64,000 nucleotides of DNA, taken from assembly GCA_033763315.1 (NCBI GenBank), contig JANRKS010000005.1, forward strand, positions 205,840 through 269,839, in the 5' to 3' direction. A model generated the notes under the pieces. The model searched no databases and was not told the origin of the DNA. It worked only from the letters and a program-made list of their open reading frames with translations. The translations under genes and the position numbers were made by a program. Shown here in pieces: positions 28,601-36,248 of the stretch (position 1 is its first letter; the number at the start of each line of letters is the position of its first letter). The stretch comes from Deltaproteobacteria bacterium. Its GTDB lineage: Bacteria > Myxococcota_A > Polyangia > Fen-1088.

Positions 28601-30905
28601 CGAGGAGACGCTGCTTTTTTTGGTTTAGCGCTTCGTAAACCTCTTCGCGCTTTCCCGCGAGCACCGTCAGGTATTCGTCGAATTCAGAGAAGCGCGACTC
28701 CAGCTCCTCCATCTGCACCATCAAACGCGAAAGCTGCTCGTCACACGCTTGCGGTGTTTCGGCCATGCCCACCGCGCTGCTCACGCTCTGTCCGAACAGT
28801 TTGAATTGCGCCGCGAACTCAGCCTCGCCTTCGCCTTTGAGCAAGGTTTTGCGACGCGCTTCCACCGTGGCGCGCAGACGCCCCCACTGCCCAAAGGCTT
28901 CCGAGATGCGCTCTAAAATATTGGTGCGCACGGTGGGATCCTCCACCTTCAACCCACCCACCACTTCTGAAAGCACGTTGAGGCCGGCGTTGAGGGCCTC
29001 CGCTTTTTCGGCCAGTGGCGCCAACGCGCGCGTCTTTTCGACGCTGGCCACCTGATCCACAAGCTGATTGATCTCCGCCAACACAGGCGTGAACGCATCG
29101 TCTTTCAGCAGGAATCCAACGGCGGCGCCGCTGACACGTTCGAACGCTTGCACGCTGGCGGCTTCAAGCGCTTCCACCCCCTGCACCTGTATATACCGCA
29201 CCTCTTTGAGGCCGATCAGGTGACCACGTTGGGCGCGTAACTTTCCAAGCGCCTCCATAAACGGGGCCACGGTGGTCCAGGTATCGGGCCGCAACGTTTT
29301 GAACAGCGCTTCTTGTTGCTCCTGCGCTTCGCTGAATTGTTTCTGCGCCTGCGCCTGCAGCGCCTGCACCTTCTCGAATTCATCCACCACCAGCTCGGCG
29401 GTGTGGCGAATGGCCTGCAGCGGCGCCAGCAAGTGGCTGCCATCGCTGAGCAGCTGGGCGTCGCCCAACCAGTGGTGCAGATCCATCGTTCGCCCCACGT
29501 GCGCGATGAGATCTTCATAGATGCGGCGGGTGGGCTGCGTGTCCTGCACCAAGCGGCGCACCGTCAAGGCATCGGAAATGCCGCGCACCAAAGCGGCGTT
29601 GCCGATCTTGCCCAACGGCCCCGTGACTTTCGGGGCGCGCGCTGCGGCTTCATCGGAAAGAAACGGCGTGGTCCACACTTGCATCGGATGCACGCGCGTG
29701 GGCTCTTGCGATTCCGCGCGGAACACCATCATGCGGCCGTCTTCGAACAAGCTGTAACCGTGGCACCGAATGGGCGTCGATACGCGTTTTTCGATCAGGT
29801 TGTAGACCAGCAGGATGTAAAGCCCATCGTGCCGCCGGTGAAACACATAAAGCACGTCTTCGCCATTCGGCGCGCGCACGCTGCGCTCGAACTCAAGATC
29901 GGAAAAATCGCCCTCAAAGACCTTGTGTTGGCCGTCTTGCAGGTAATAGCCGCCCGGAAAGATCACGCCGTGATCTTCAGGCAGTTCGACGCACGAATGC
30001 CCGATGGCGTCGATGCGCACCACTTTTTGCGATCGCGTGGCAAACACCAAATAGCGAAACGCCTTTTCATTAAACGGCAGGACCTTCAGCAGCACCAACG
30101 TGCCGACTTTTGCGTAGAAGATGTCGGCGTCGTCCAACGCTTGGCGTGGATCGTCCACCGGCTCGCTGTAAATGCCTTCGCCGTCTTCGGTGTTGTTTTC
30201 CACCTTCACGGTTAACGTGCCGCTCACGGTCTCCACGAACAGCGTGTTCAGAATGTTCGCGTGCGGGTGCGTGCCACTGACGTGTTGATCGCGCGTCACC
30301 TCCACCCATTCGAAGGTGTGTTGGGGCGGAAAAACAAAATCACGCTCACCCCGGTTGTCGATGTAGGAAGGCACGCCATCACGGCCCACGCCCCAGCGAA
30401 ACACGCGCAGATCCGTGGCGTTGGGCCCCATGCGGAACACGGCCAAGAGCTTGGTGTCGGTGCGCGATAACTTCGTGAGCCGCGCGTGCTTGTAATACTT
30501 ATAAAGTTCGGCAAAGTCGCTTGCGAACCGCGGCTCGCGAATCAGCGCGGCGCTGGCGTCGTTGCTGGCCACAGGCACCAGATCCAGCTCGCCTTCCACG
30601 GGCTCGAAGCGATGCACGCTGAACACGTCGGCCACGGTGGTTTCGGTCTTGAGGCCCAAAAACACGTTGTAGCCAAACAGCAAATCGTTGCCCACCGTTA
30701 CGATGTCGGCGGGCACACAGTTGTTTTCGGTGCGCGCGCGGTGGGTGGAAGCCAGCACCAATTCAGTGCTGCCAAAAGCCTGCTTACGCGCTTGATTCAA
30801 CGCCTCGGCGATGCGGCCAAGCGTGCCCGCCTGTTCCACCAAGCGGGCGCGGATCACCTCATAGCCATCGCCGATGGCGGCGGGCGGTTGTTCTGATGCG
30901 GCCAT
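25647..30905 (-). CDS. Giant (1752 aa) multidomain protein with an AAA_5 (MoxR/dynein-related) ATPase domain; uncharacterised beta-rich N-terminal domain, long alpha-helical/coiled-coil middle and C-terminal regions
   Basis: Walker A 'LLLVISPPGYGKTTLMEYV', Walker B 'NVMLYLDDIQH', and 'FCVVMAGNPYTESGDRFQIPDMLANRADTY' (AAA_5 sensor/Arg-finger region) at about aa 1290-1480 (nt ~26460-27040). The first ~480 aa are beta-rich; several hundred residues are heptad-like. The ATG lies 12 nt after the flotillin stop. Confidence 0.8.
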   Translation of the reverse strand: MAASEQPPAAIGDGYEVIRARLVEQAGTLGRIAEALNQARKQAFGSTELVLASTHRARTENNCVPADIVTVGNDLLFGYNVFLGLKTETTVADVFSVHRFEPVEGELDLVPVASNDASAALIREPRFASDFAELYKYYKHARLTKLSRTDTKLLAVFRMGPNATDLRVFRWGVGRDGVPSYIDNRGERDFVFPPQHTFEWVEVTRDQHVSGTHPHANILNTLFVETVSGTLTVKVENNTEDGEGIYSEPVDDPRQALDDADIFYAKVGTLVLLKVLPFNEKAFRYLVFATRSQKVVRIDAIGHSCVELPEDHGVIFPGGYYLQDGQHKVFEGDFSDLEFERSVRAPNGEDVLYVFHRRHDGLYILLVYNLIEKRVSTPIRCHGYSLFEDGRMMVFRAESQEPTRVHPMQVWTTPFLSDEAAARAPKVTGPLGKIGNAALVRGISDALTVRRLVQDTQPTRRIYEDLIAHVGRTMDLHHWLGDAQLLSDGSHLLAPLQAIRHTAELVVDEFEKVQALQAQAQKQFSEAQEQQEALFKTLRPDTWTTVAPFMEALGKLRAQRGHLIGLKEVRYIQVQGVEALEAASVQAFERVSGAAVGFLLKDDAFTPVLAEINQLVDQVASVEKTRALAPLAEKAEALNAGLNVLSEVVGGLKVEDPTVRTNILERISEAFGQWGRLRATVEARRKTLLKGEGEAEFAAQFKLFGQSVSSAVGMAETPQACDEQLSRLMVQMEELESRFSEFDEYLTVLAGKREEVYEALNQKKQRLLDERQRRAANLMSAAERILQGVGRRAQTLKSVDELNGYFAADPMILKVRELAVRLVELGEGTRADELGSKVKSAQQEALRGLKDKLDLYEDGDNVIRLGKHKFTVNTQPLDLTLVPQAEGEAMALAVTGTDYREAVTDTAFAATRPYWSQTLASETSDVYRGEYLAASMLFAAEAGQGNLSVAALQEARLSPGGLQEHVRKAAASRYDEGYERGVHDADATAILEKLLDLRQAAGLLRFSPQARALATLFWAEGVEASALDKWHRQAGSLARLRALLGPTRAHEELAQELQTAVATFAAKLPDRGATDVAPAAARYLIEELAATQPRFVCSHEAFSIREAFAAHLDRSGQRLAFEEDLRSLQDDLAARLAVARAWIDAFVARPNPGDQDAHATHFAPEVAALLLTERTLDRGTSTARTMTEVTGLLGNHPRIENGTLRLRLDEFLPRLQRFVSERVPGFADYKQQRQALLARERTRLRLDEFKPRVLTSFVRNRLVNEVYLPLVGDNLAKQMGAAGEKKRTDLMGLLLVISPPGYGKTTLMEYVASRLGLVFMKVNGPSLGHEVRSLDPEEAPNATARQEVEKINLALEMGNNVMLYLDDIQHTHPELLQKFISLCDAQRRIEGVWKGRTRTYDMRGKRFCVVMAGNPYTESGDRFQIPDMLANRADTYNLGDILSGKDDVFALSYIENAITSNPVLAPLATRDQADIYKLIRMAQGEVLATTDLSHGYAAVELADIKAVLERLMVVQKTLLRVNQQYIASASTDDKFRTEPPFKLQGSYRNMSKLAEKVVGAMTPEELDRLIEDHYVGEAQTLTTGAETNLLKLAELRGTLSPTQAKRWNDIKHEFVRVKKLGGAEDDPVTRVTGQLSDLGGQLQGIRSALEKPRATTTATEKKDGDGLPHWLADHLGRLDAILHAMEKRPVNLTVQTEAPRGVEEALGQQVAIVERTLIPLVRAAARSLEDRRALEQKIEQLLAALRQPDDVR

Positions 30906-30917
30906 GGGCAGCCGGCC

Positions 30918-33083
30918 TTACTCGAGCCCCAGATCCTGCGCTTGCTTGACCAAACGCTCAAGCGCCGTGCGTTTGCTGCCATCAGAGGCCGAGATGACGT
31001 GGTTTAGCGCGGCCACAATGCTGAGGTTCTTGATGGCATCGGTGCCCACAGCGGGGCGGGTGAGCACGTCTTTGATGTCGGCGCGCAAGCTGCTTTGCCC
31101 CGAAGTGTATTCGCCCGCCAAGTGCGCCAAAGTTTCGCTGTTGGCCAGGGCGCCATCCACCGCGTGCCCCAAAGACACGGCCTTGAAGAATTTATCGAGG
31201 AACTGGCCATCACCACCCACGATGTTGATCTTGGCTTCGGCCAGGGCCTTGCCCATGACTTCGGCCTGTTGTTCGGACATCGACACGCGGGTTTTGAGTG
31301 TTTGCAGCGCCACTTCGGTTTGTTTTTCAAGCCGCAGCCGAAACTCTTCGTGTTCACGAGCGTCGCCTTTGAGCAGCTGCATGGCTTCGGTCTTTTGCGC
31401 CAAACCATGTGCTTCGGCTTCCATCCGCGCTCGAATCGCCGTGGCGTCAGCTGCGCCTGTGCGTTCGGTGGCCGCGGCGTTGGCTTCTTTGACCCGCACC
31501 GTGGCCAGACCCTGGGCTTCCACGCCCGCGGCCTCGGCCGACAACATCAATCGCTTGGCGTCCGCCTCGGCTTGGCCCAGCTTCGCCACCGCGCCCGCTT
31601 CGGCCTCGCGGCCTTTCGCTTGCGCCTGCATTTGCTCCATCGTCACGCGCGCCTGTGCCATGCCCACCTTTTCGGTGGCCACCGCGTCGGCTTCCTTCAC
31701 GCGCACCTGCGCCAAGCCTTCGGCCGCGGCCTCGGCCTGCACACCTTCGGCGATGCGCAGCTTCGCGCGTGCCGTGCGATCCGCGGCTTCGAGATCGGCA
31801 TCCGCCTTGGTGATCGCCTGTTTGGCTTCGTATTTGGCCACCTCGGTCTGCGCCTCAGCCTGCTTGAGCTTAAGCACCACTTGCTCCTGCGCTTTGCCCT
31901 CGGCGGTAATCACATGCGCGTCCTTCTGGCGTTTGGCTTCAGCCAGCAGGCGAATGTCTTTGATGCGCTCTTCTTCTTCCGCCACCTGCTTTTCAACGGC
32001 GATGCGCCCCGACACCACATCGGCGATCACTTTGCGTTCCACTTCCAGCGCTTTTTCCTTCTCGATGCGCTGCAGTTCCACTTGACGCTCGCGCGAGATG
32101 GCTTCAAGGTCGCGATCCTTGGTGACGCGTTCGTTTTCCACGGCCACCACGCGCTCGCGGTTCTTCGCGGCCACTTCCACCTGCCGTTTGCGGTTTTCAT
32201 CCGCGATCGCAACTTCTTCTTCCTGGCGAATGCGAGCCACCTCGGCCTTTTGCTTTTCTTCGGCCTGTACGCGCATGGTTTCAGCTTGCTCACGCGCTTG
32301 AATGCTCAAAATCTCACGCTGCTGGCGCGCCTGCGCGTCGGCGCGTTGCCGCTCCAGCTCAAAGATGGCCTCAGCCGATTCCACGTTCTTTTTCGTGATG
32401 GCCTTGAGCTCCTCTTGCTTTAGATCGTTCGTGCTCACCTTCTGGGCGGCGGTGATTTCCGTGATCTTGCGGATGCCTTGCGCGTCCAAGATGTTGCTGG
32501 GATCCAGCACTTCCAGCGGCGTTTGCTCGAGGAAATCGATGGCGGCGTCGTCAAGCACATAACCATTGAGATCTCGGCCAATGACGTCGATGATCTGGTC
32601 GCGGAACTCATCGCGCTTTGTGTAAAGCTCTTCAAACTCCAAGCGCTTGCCCACAGTCTTGAGCGCTTCGGAAAACTTCGCCACGAACAGCTGTTCAAGC
32701 GTGTCGGCGTCGGAGGCGCGCACGCACCCGATCGACTGCGCGACCTTCAGGACGTCTTCGGCCGTTTTGTTAACACGCACGAAAAATGTGACACGAATGT
32801 CGGCGCGGATGTTGTCTTTGCAGATCAACCCTTCTTTGCCCTTGCGGTCGATTTCGATGGTGCGCACCGAGATGTCCATGACCTCAGCCCGGTGCAAAAC
32901 GGGAATCACCACCGCGCCCGTGAAGGTGACCGTGGGCTCACTTTTGAGCGTGTTGACGATAAGCGCCCGGCCTTGATCCACCTTGCGGTAGAACCGCGTG
33001 ACGAATAAACCCACGGCGAAGAGCAGCACAAAAGCGCCCCCGCCGATCAACAACGCCGCTTGCAAAGTTCCGTTCAGTTCCAT
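30918..33083 (-). CDS. Flotillin-family SPFH/Band 7 protein (YqiK-like), 721 aa with an expanded EA-rich coiled-coil
   Basis: N-terminal TM plus 'FYRKVDQGRALIVNT...AVVIPVLHRAEVMDISVRTIEI...GLICKDNIRADIRVTFFVRVNKTAEDVLKVAQSIG' (SPFH), and 'LFVAKFSEALKTVGKRLEFEELYTKRDEF'. Long Glu/Ala-rich coiled-coil with internal duplications ('GLAQVRVKEADAVATE' and 'GLATVRVKEANAAATE'). Confidence 0.85.
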   Translation of the reverse strand: MELNGTLQAALLIGGGAFVLLFAVGLFVTRFYRKVDQGRALIVNTLKSEPTVTFTGAVVIPVLHRAEVMDISVRTIEIDRKGKEGLICKDNIRADIRVTFFVRVNKTAEDVLKVAQSIGCVRASDADTLEQLFVAKFSEALKTVGKRLEFEELYTKRDEFRDQIIDVIGRDLNGYVLDDAAIDFLEQTPLEVLDPSNILDAQGIRKITEITAAQKVSTNDLKQEELKAITKKNVESAEAIFELERQRADAQARQQREILSIQAREQAETMRVQAEEKQKAEVARIRQEEEVAIADENRKRQVEVAAKNRERVVAVENERVTKDRDLEAISRERQVELQRIEKEKALEVERKVIADVVSGRIAVEKQVAEEEERIKDIRLLAEAKRQKDAHVITAEGKAQEQVVLKLKQAEAQTEVAKYEAKQAITKADADLEAADRTARAKLRIAEGVQAEAAAEGLAQVRVKEADAVATEKVGMAQARVTMEQMQAQAKGREAEAGAVAKLGQAEADAKRLMLSAEAAGVEAQGLATVRVKEANAAATERTGAADATAIRARMEAEAHGLAQKTEAMQLLKGDAREHEEFRLRLEKQTEVALQTLKTRVSMSEQQAEVMGKALAEAKINIVGGDGQFLDKFFKAVSLGHAVDGALANSETLAHLAGEYTSGQSSLRADIKDVLTRPAVGTDAIKNLSIVAALNHVISASDGSKRTALERLVKQAQDLGLE

Positions 33084-33684
33084 CGTTAATCCCGTCCGTG
33101 TTTCGTGCCGGTGCTACGCCCGTCCATTTATCGGCGTTCTTGGCGCCAAGTTGTGGGAAAAAATCATTCCTGCGGAGCGAATTTGAACTTGGAGGCGGGG
33201 CTCCGAAGCCCCCGACACCGAGTCGGCCGCCAGACAGGGCGAAGGCTGATATCGAAGGACGGGTGGCGGCTGCGGTTGGGACGTGGTCCCGGCGCATGTT
33301 GTCAGATTGTGACGTGCGGCCCCAGCGCGGTTTGCTTCACTTGACCGATGACGGCGCAAAGGTGTTTGTTGTTGGTCCTTATGTCGGCTTGTGGCGATGC
33401 CGCCGGTGTCGCAGTGACGTCGCCATCCACGGACGCGCAGAGACGGGGGGGCCTCGCGCTGATCTACCGAGCGCCCACCGCGCCCACCGCACGAAGGGCG
33501 CCAGCCAGTTTGGAACGCGCCGAACAACACGCCGAAAACTTCTCTAACGAAGGCTTTGTTGAGGTTCCGCAACAAACCGGCGGAGCGATCCTAGATTTGT
33601 CGGGCCGGTTCAGACACCAATCTAGGTTGCAAATCACGCCAAGCGGGTCGACTGCAATCGGGTGCGAACGCGAAAGTCATCTAC

Positions 33685-34923
33685 ATGCGAAGTGAAGGCG
33701 CGAGGTTGGCGATCCTGGCTGTGCTCACGCCGCTCTTGCAATCCCCATTTGCTGACGCATACGCCGCGACAATCACCATCGTGAACCGCGATGGGCCCGG
33801 CGAAGGCTTTAACGATCCGTCCCCGTTTACGGCGGCGGGCGACAACGTGGCTGCGACGTTGGGGCAGGCGCGGCTCAATGCCTTTTCTTACGCGGCGAAG
33901 CTTTGGGGCGCCCGGTTGGTGAGCAAGGTGGAGATCAAAGTGGACGCCCAGATGAACCCGCTTGACTGTGGATTAACCTATGCGGTGATCGGCAACGCGG
34001 GCCCCAACACCGTCGATCGCGATTTTCCCCGCAACGACCCTGCTTATGCACCACCGCGTCCCAACACTTGGTACGCGCAGGCCGTGGCGAACGCCATTGC
34101 CGGCTTCGATCGAACAGCAACCCTTGCGGAGATCTCAGCTGAATTTAACAGCTCGTTGGGCGCCGGAACCTGCGCCCCCACAACAAGCTGGTACTTGGGC
34201 CTTGATGGGCGCGGCGCTTCCAACCAATTGGATCTTGTATCGGTGGTGTTCCACGAATTGGGTCATGGCCTTGGCTTTTCATCCTTCCTTGACCAATCTA
34301 GCGGGGCGAAACTCTCCGGTCGTGACGACGCCTTTACCAATGGCCTCATGTTGGAGGGAGCCGTGCCGGCCGCATTGTCAGCGATGACCGACGCACAACG
34401 ACTGTCTGCCATGACAGGCGATCCGAATCTGACTTGGTCCGGCAACGCGACGGCCGTCTACCTGCCTCGCCCTACGGCCGGACAAACGAATGGACGCGTC
34501 CGATTGCATGCCCCGAACCCGGTCGAGTTCGGATCTTCTGTGGGGCACTTCAGCGCCGCGCTTGCGCCGAACGAACTCATGGAGCCCTATTACAACGGTG
34601 CCAACCACAAGATGGGGTTGGCTTTGCCCGTTTTGAACGACGTCGGTTGGTTGGTGATTCCCGCCACCGTGCCTGACCACTGTCTAAGCGCGCTCACCGC
34701 CAGCAGCGATCTCGACAACGACGGCGTGGTGGACGTCTGCGACAATTGCCCCCAGGTGAGCAATCCGTCGCAAAGCGATGCGGACGCCAATGGCCAAGGC
34801 GACGCGTGCCCTTCCTCGAACGTGAAAAGCGTCCCCGCCACCGATCCTTGGCATCTGGGTCTGCTCGGCTTCGGGTTGCTGTGGCTCGGTATGGTTTCTC
34901 GTGGCCGTCGGTTCAGCGCCTGA
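33685..34923 (+). CDS. Secreted HExxH zinc metalloprotease with C-terminal thrombospondin-type-3-like Ca-binding repeat and PEP-CTERM/MYXO-CTERM-like anchoring tail
   Basis: Signal peptide; 'VVFHELGHGLGFSSF' (HExxH); 'DLDNDGVVDVCDNCPQVSNPSQSDADANGQGDAC' (TSP3-like); terminal 'PATDPWHLGLLGFGLLWLGMVSRGRRFSA' (hydrophobic segment plus basic tail). Confidence 0.65.
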   Translation: MRSEGARLAILAVLTPLLQSPFADAYAATITIVNRDGPGEGFNDPSPFTAAGDNVAATLGQARLNAFSYAAKLWGARLVSKVEIKVDAQMNPLDCGLTYAVIGNAGPNTVDRDFPRNDPAYAPPRPNTWYAQAVANAIAGFDRTATLAEISAEFNSSLGAGTCAPTTSWYLGLDGRGASNQLDLVSVVFHELGHGLGFSSFLDQSSGAKLSGRDDAFTNGLMLEGAVPAALSAMTDAQRLSAMTGDPNLTWSGNATAVYLPRPTAGQTNGRVRLHAPNPVEFGSSVGHFSAALAPNELMEPYYNGANHKMGLALPVLNDVGWLVIPATVPDHCLSALTASSDLDNDGVVDVCDNCPQVSNPSQSDADANGQGDACPSSNVKSVPATDPWHLGLLGFGLLWLGMVSRGRRFSA

Positions 34924-34954
34924 GACCAGTTCAGGCGTCGCGCCAAAGCCAGGT

Positions 34955-35674
34955 TCACGCCGGGTTGTTCGTCGCCAGCCCCGCGTCCAAGCGCTCCACC
35001 TCGTAGGCGTGCAGCTCAGCATTCCATGACACCAGCACCACCCGGTCGCCGCGCGCCAGGCCGTTGCCGGTTGCCGCACGCACCTCCACGATGAGCCCAG
35101 CGCCGCCGTCGTCGACCTTGGCTTGCCCAAAGCGCGCGTCCACCTTTCCGGTGGAGATGACACCCATCTTGCCGATCACCTGCGCCCGCGTGGGTGCCTC
35201 ATGCACCTTGAACAGCGGCCGCAGGGGGCGGCAAAGAAGTCCCGCGATGGGTAACGACAGCACAAAAACCACAACCATCAACAGGCTGCCGCGCAGAAGT
35301 GGCAACGCACCGGTCACCTTGATTGCGAAGTAACAGCCCCAAAAATTCAGCAGCACCAATGCGGTGCCGAGCACCGTGAGGGGCACCTGCCGCAAACCCA
35401 GTTTCCCCAGCAAGCCCGCGGCATCGCTGATGTGCACGTGATGGGTGTCCCCCCCGACGGCCGTGGCGGCCGCATGTGCACCGTCAGCCGCGGCGTGTGC
35501 CGCATGAAATACAGCATCAGCGGCGTGTGCCGAGGCATCTGTCGCACCATGCATCCCATCCACATCCAGGGCGCCGCCGGCCACCAGCAACCAGTAGAGG
35601 ATTACAAAGCCCAGAGCCACCGTCCACAACACGGTTGGATACACGAGCGACGCCGCGAACAAGGTCATCAACAT
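34955..35674 (-). CDS. NfeD/YqiJ-like membrane protein (DUF1449-type: N-terminal TM segments plus C-terminal OB-fold)
   Basis: 3-4 TM helices, a His/Ala-rich loop, and C-terminal 'GKMGVISTGKVDARFGQAKVDDGGAGLIVEVRAATGNGLARGDRVVLVS' typical of the NfeD OB-fold that partners SPFH proteins. Confidence 0.6.
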   Translation of the reverse strand: MLMTLFAASLVYPTVLWTVALGFVILYWLLVAGGALDVDGMHGATDASAHAADAVFHAAHAAADGAHAAATAVGGDTHHVHISDAAGLLGKLGLRQVPLTVLGTALVLLNFWGCYFAIKVTGALPLLRGSLLMVVVFVLSLPIAGLLCRPLRPLFKVHEAPTRAQVIGKMGVISTGKVDARFGQAKVDDGGAGLIVEVRAATGNGLARGDRVVLVSWNAELHAYEVERLDAGLATNNPA

Positions 35675-35778
35675 GTCGTCGACGAATATATCGCACGAGT
35701 GTGCAAGCGCGATCGATCATCGCTCTTCACGAAAGCCACTGTTCTTTTTGCACAATTGTTCTGATAACATCGTGTTCC

Positions 35779-36201
35779 ATGGCGACGAAGCGGAAGTCAG
35801 GTGGGGCATCGAAGAGCCCAAAGAAGTCTTCGAAATCGGCTAAAGCGGCGAAAGCCCCTAAGGCAAAAAAGGCTAAAAAAGCCGGGAAAAAGGCCGCAAA
35901 AGGCGCAGCCAAGAAGGGCAAGAAAGCCAAGAAGGTTGCAAAGCGCGGCGCGGGCAAGGCAGCCAAAAAGGGCGCCAAGAAAGCGGGCAAGAAAGTAGCC
36001 AAGAAGGCCAGCAAAAAAGTAGCGAAGGCTCCTAAGGCGAAAAAGGCAGCGAAAGCTGCACCGCCAGCAGCCGAAGCTCCAGCGAAGAAGAAGGGCCGTG
36101 GCGCGAAGGTAGCTCCCGCTCCGGCACCCGCTTCTGAATCTATGCCTCCTGACCTTTCAGGCGAAGGTGGCGGCGGTTCAGACGGATCGCAAAGCGAGTA
36201 G
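35779..36201 (+). CDS. Histone H1-like / Lys-Ala-rich nucleoid-associated protein
   Basis: 'MATKRKSGGASKSPKKSSKSAKAAKAPKAKKAKKAGKKAAKGAAKKGKKAKKVAKRG...' has over 35% Lys in AKK/KKA repeats and an acidic Gly-rich tail. Upstream AT-rich region with TTGTTCT direct repeats. Confidence 0.7.
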   Translation: MATKRKSGGASKSPKKSSKSAKAAKAPKAKKAKKAGKKAAKGAAKKGKKAKKVAKRGAGKAAKKGAKKAGKKVAKKASKKVAKAPKAKKAAKAAPPAAEAPAKKKGRGAKVAPAPAPASESMPPDLSGEGGGGSDGSQSE

Positions 36202-36214
36202 GCGCCCAAACATC

Positions 36215-36248
36215 AGCGAGTGACGTCGGGTCCGCTCGACGTCTCGCT
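36215..36248. terminator. Candidate bidirectional terminator hairpin between convergent histone-like and amt genes
   Basis: Inverted repeat 'AGCGAGTGACGTCG-ggtccgct-CGACGTCTCGCT' (about 12-bp stem). It overlaps the amt stop codon and starts 14 nt after the histone-like stop. Confidence 0.5.

Noticed and set aside
33098-33695. Three overlapping ORFs in the 600-bp intergenic region upstream of the flotillin gene
   Set aside because: They are mutually overlapping on both strands, Arg/Pro-rich, with no RBS or signal features. The region is treated as non-coding regulatory/UTR sequence instead (see findings).
35727-36209. 160-aa minus-strand ORF (Phe/Ala/Leu-rich) and 65-aa plus-strand ORF overlapping the histone-like gene
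   Set aside because: This is the antisense reading of the AAG/AAA/GCN repeat (CTT/TTT/NGC). The lysine-rich sense frame has the biologically coherent composition and a proper start.
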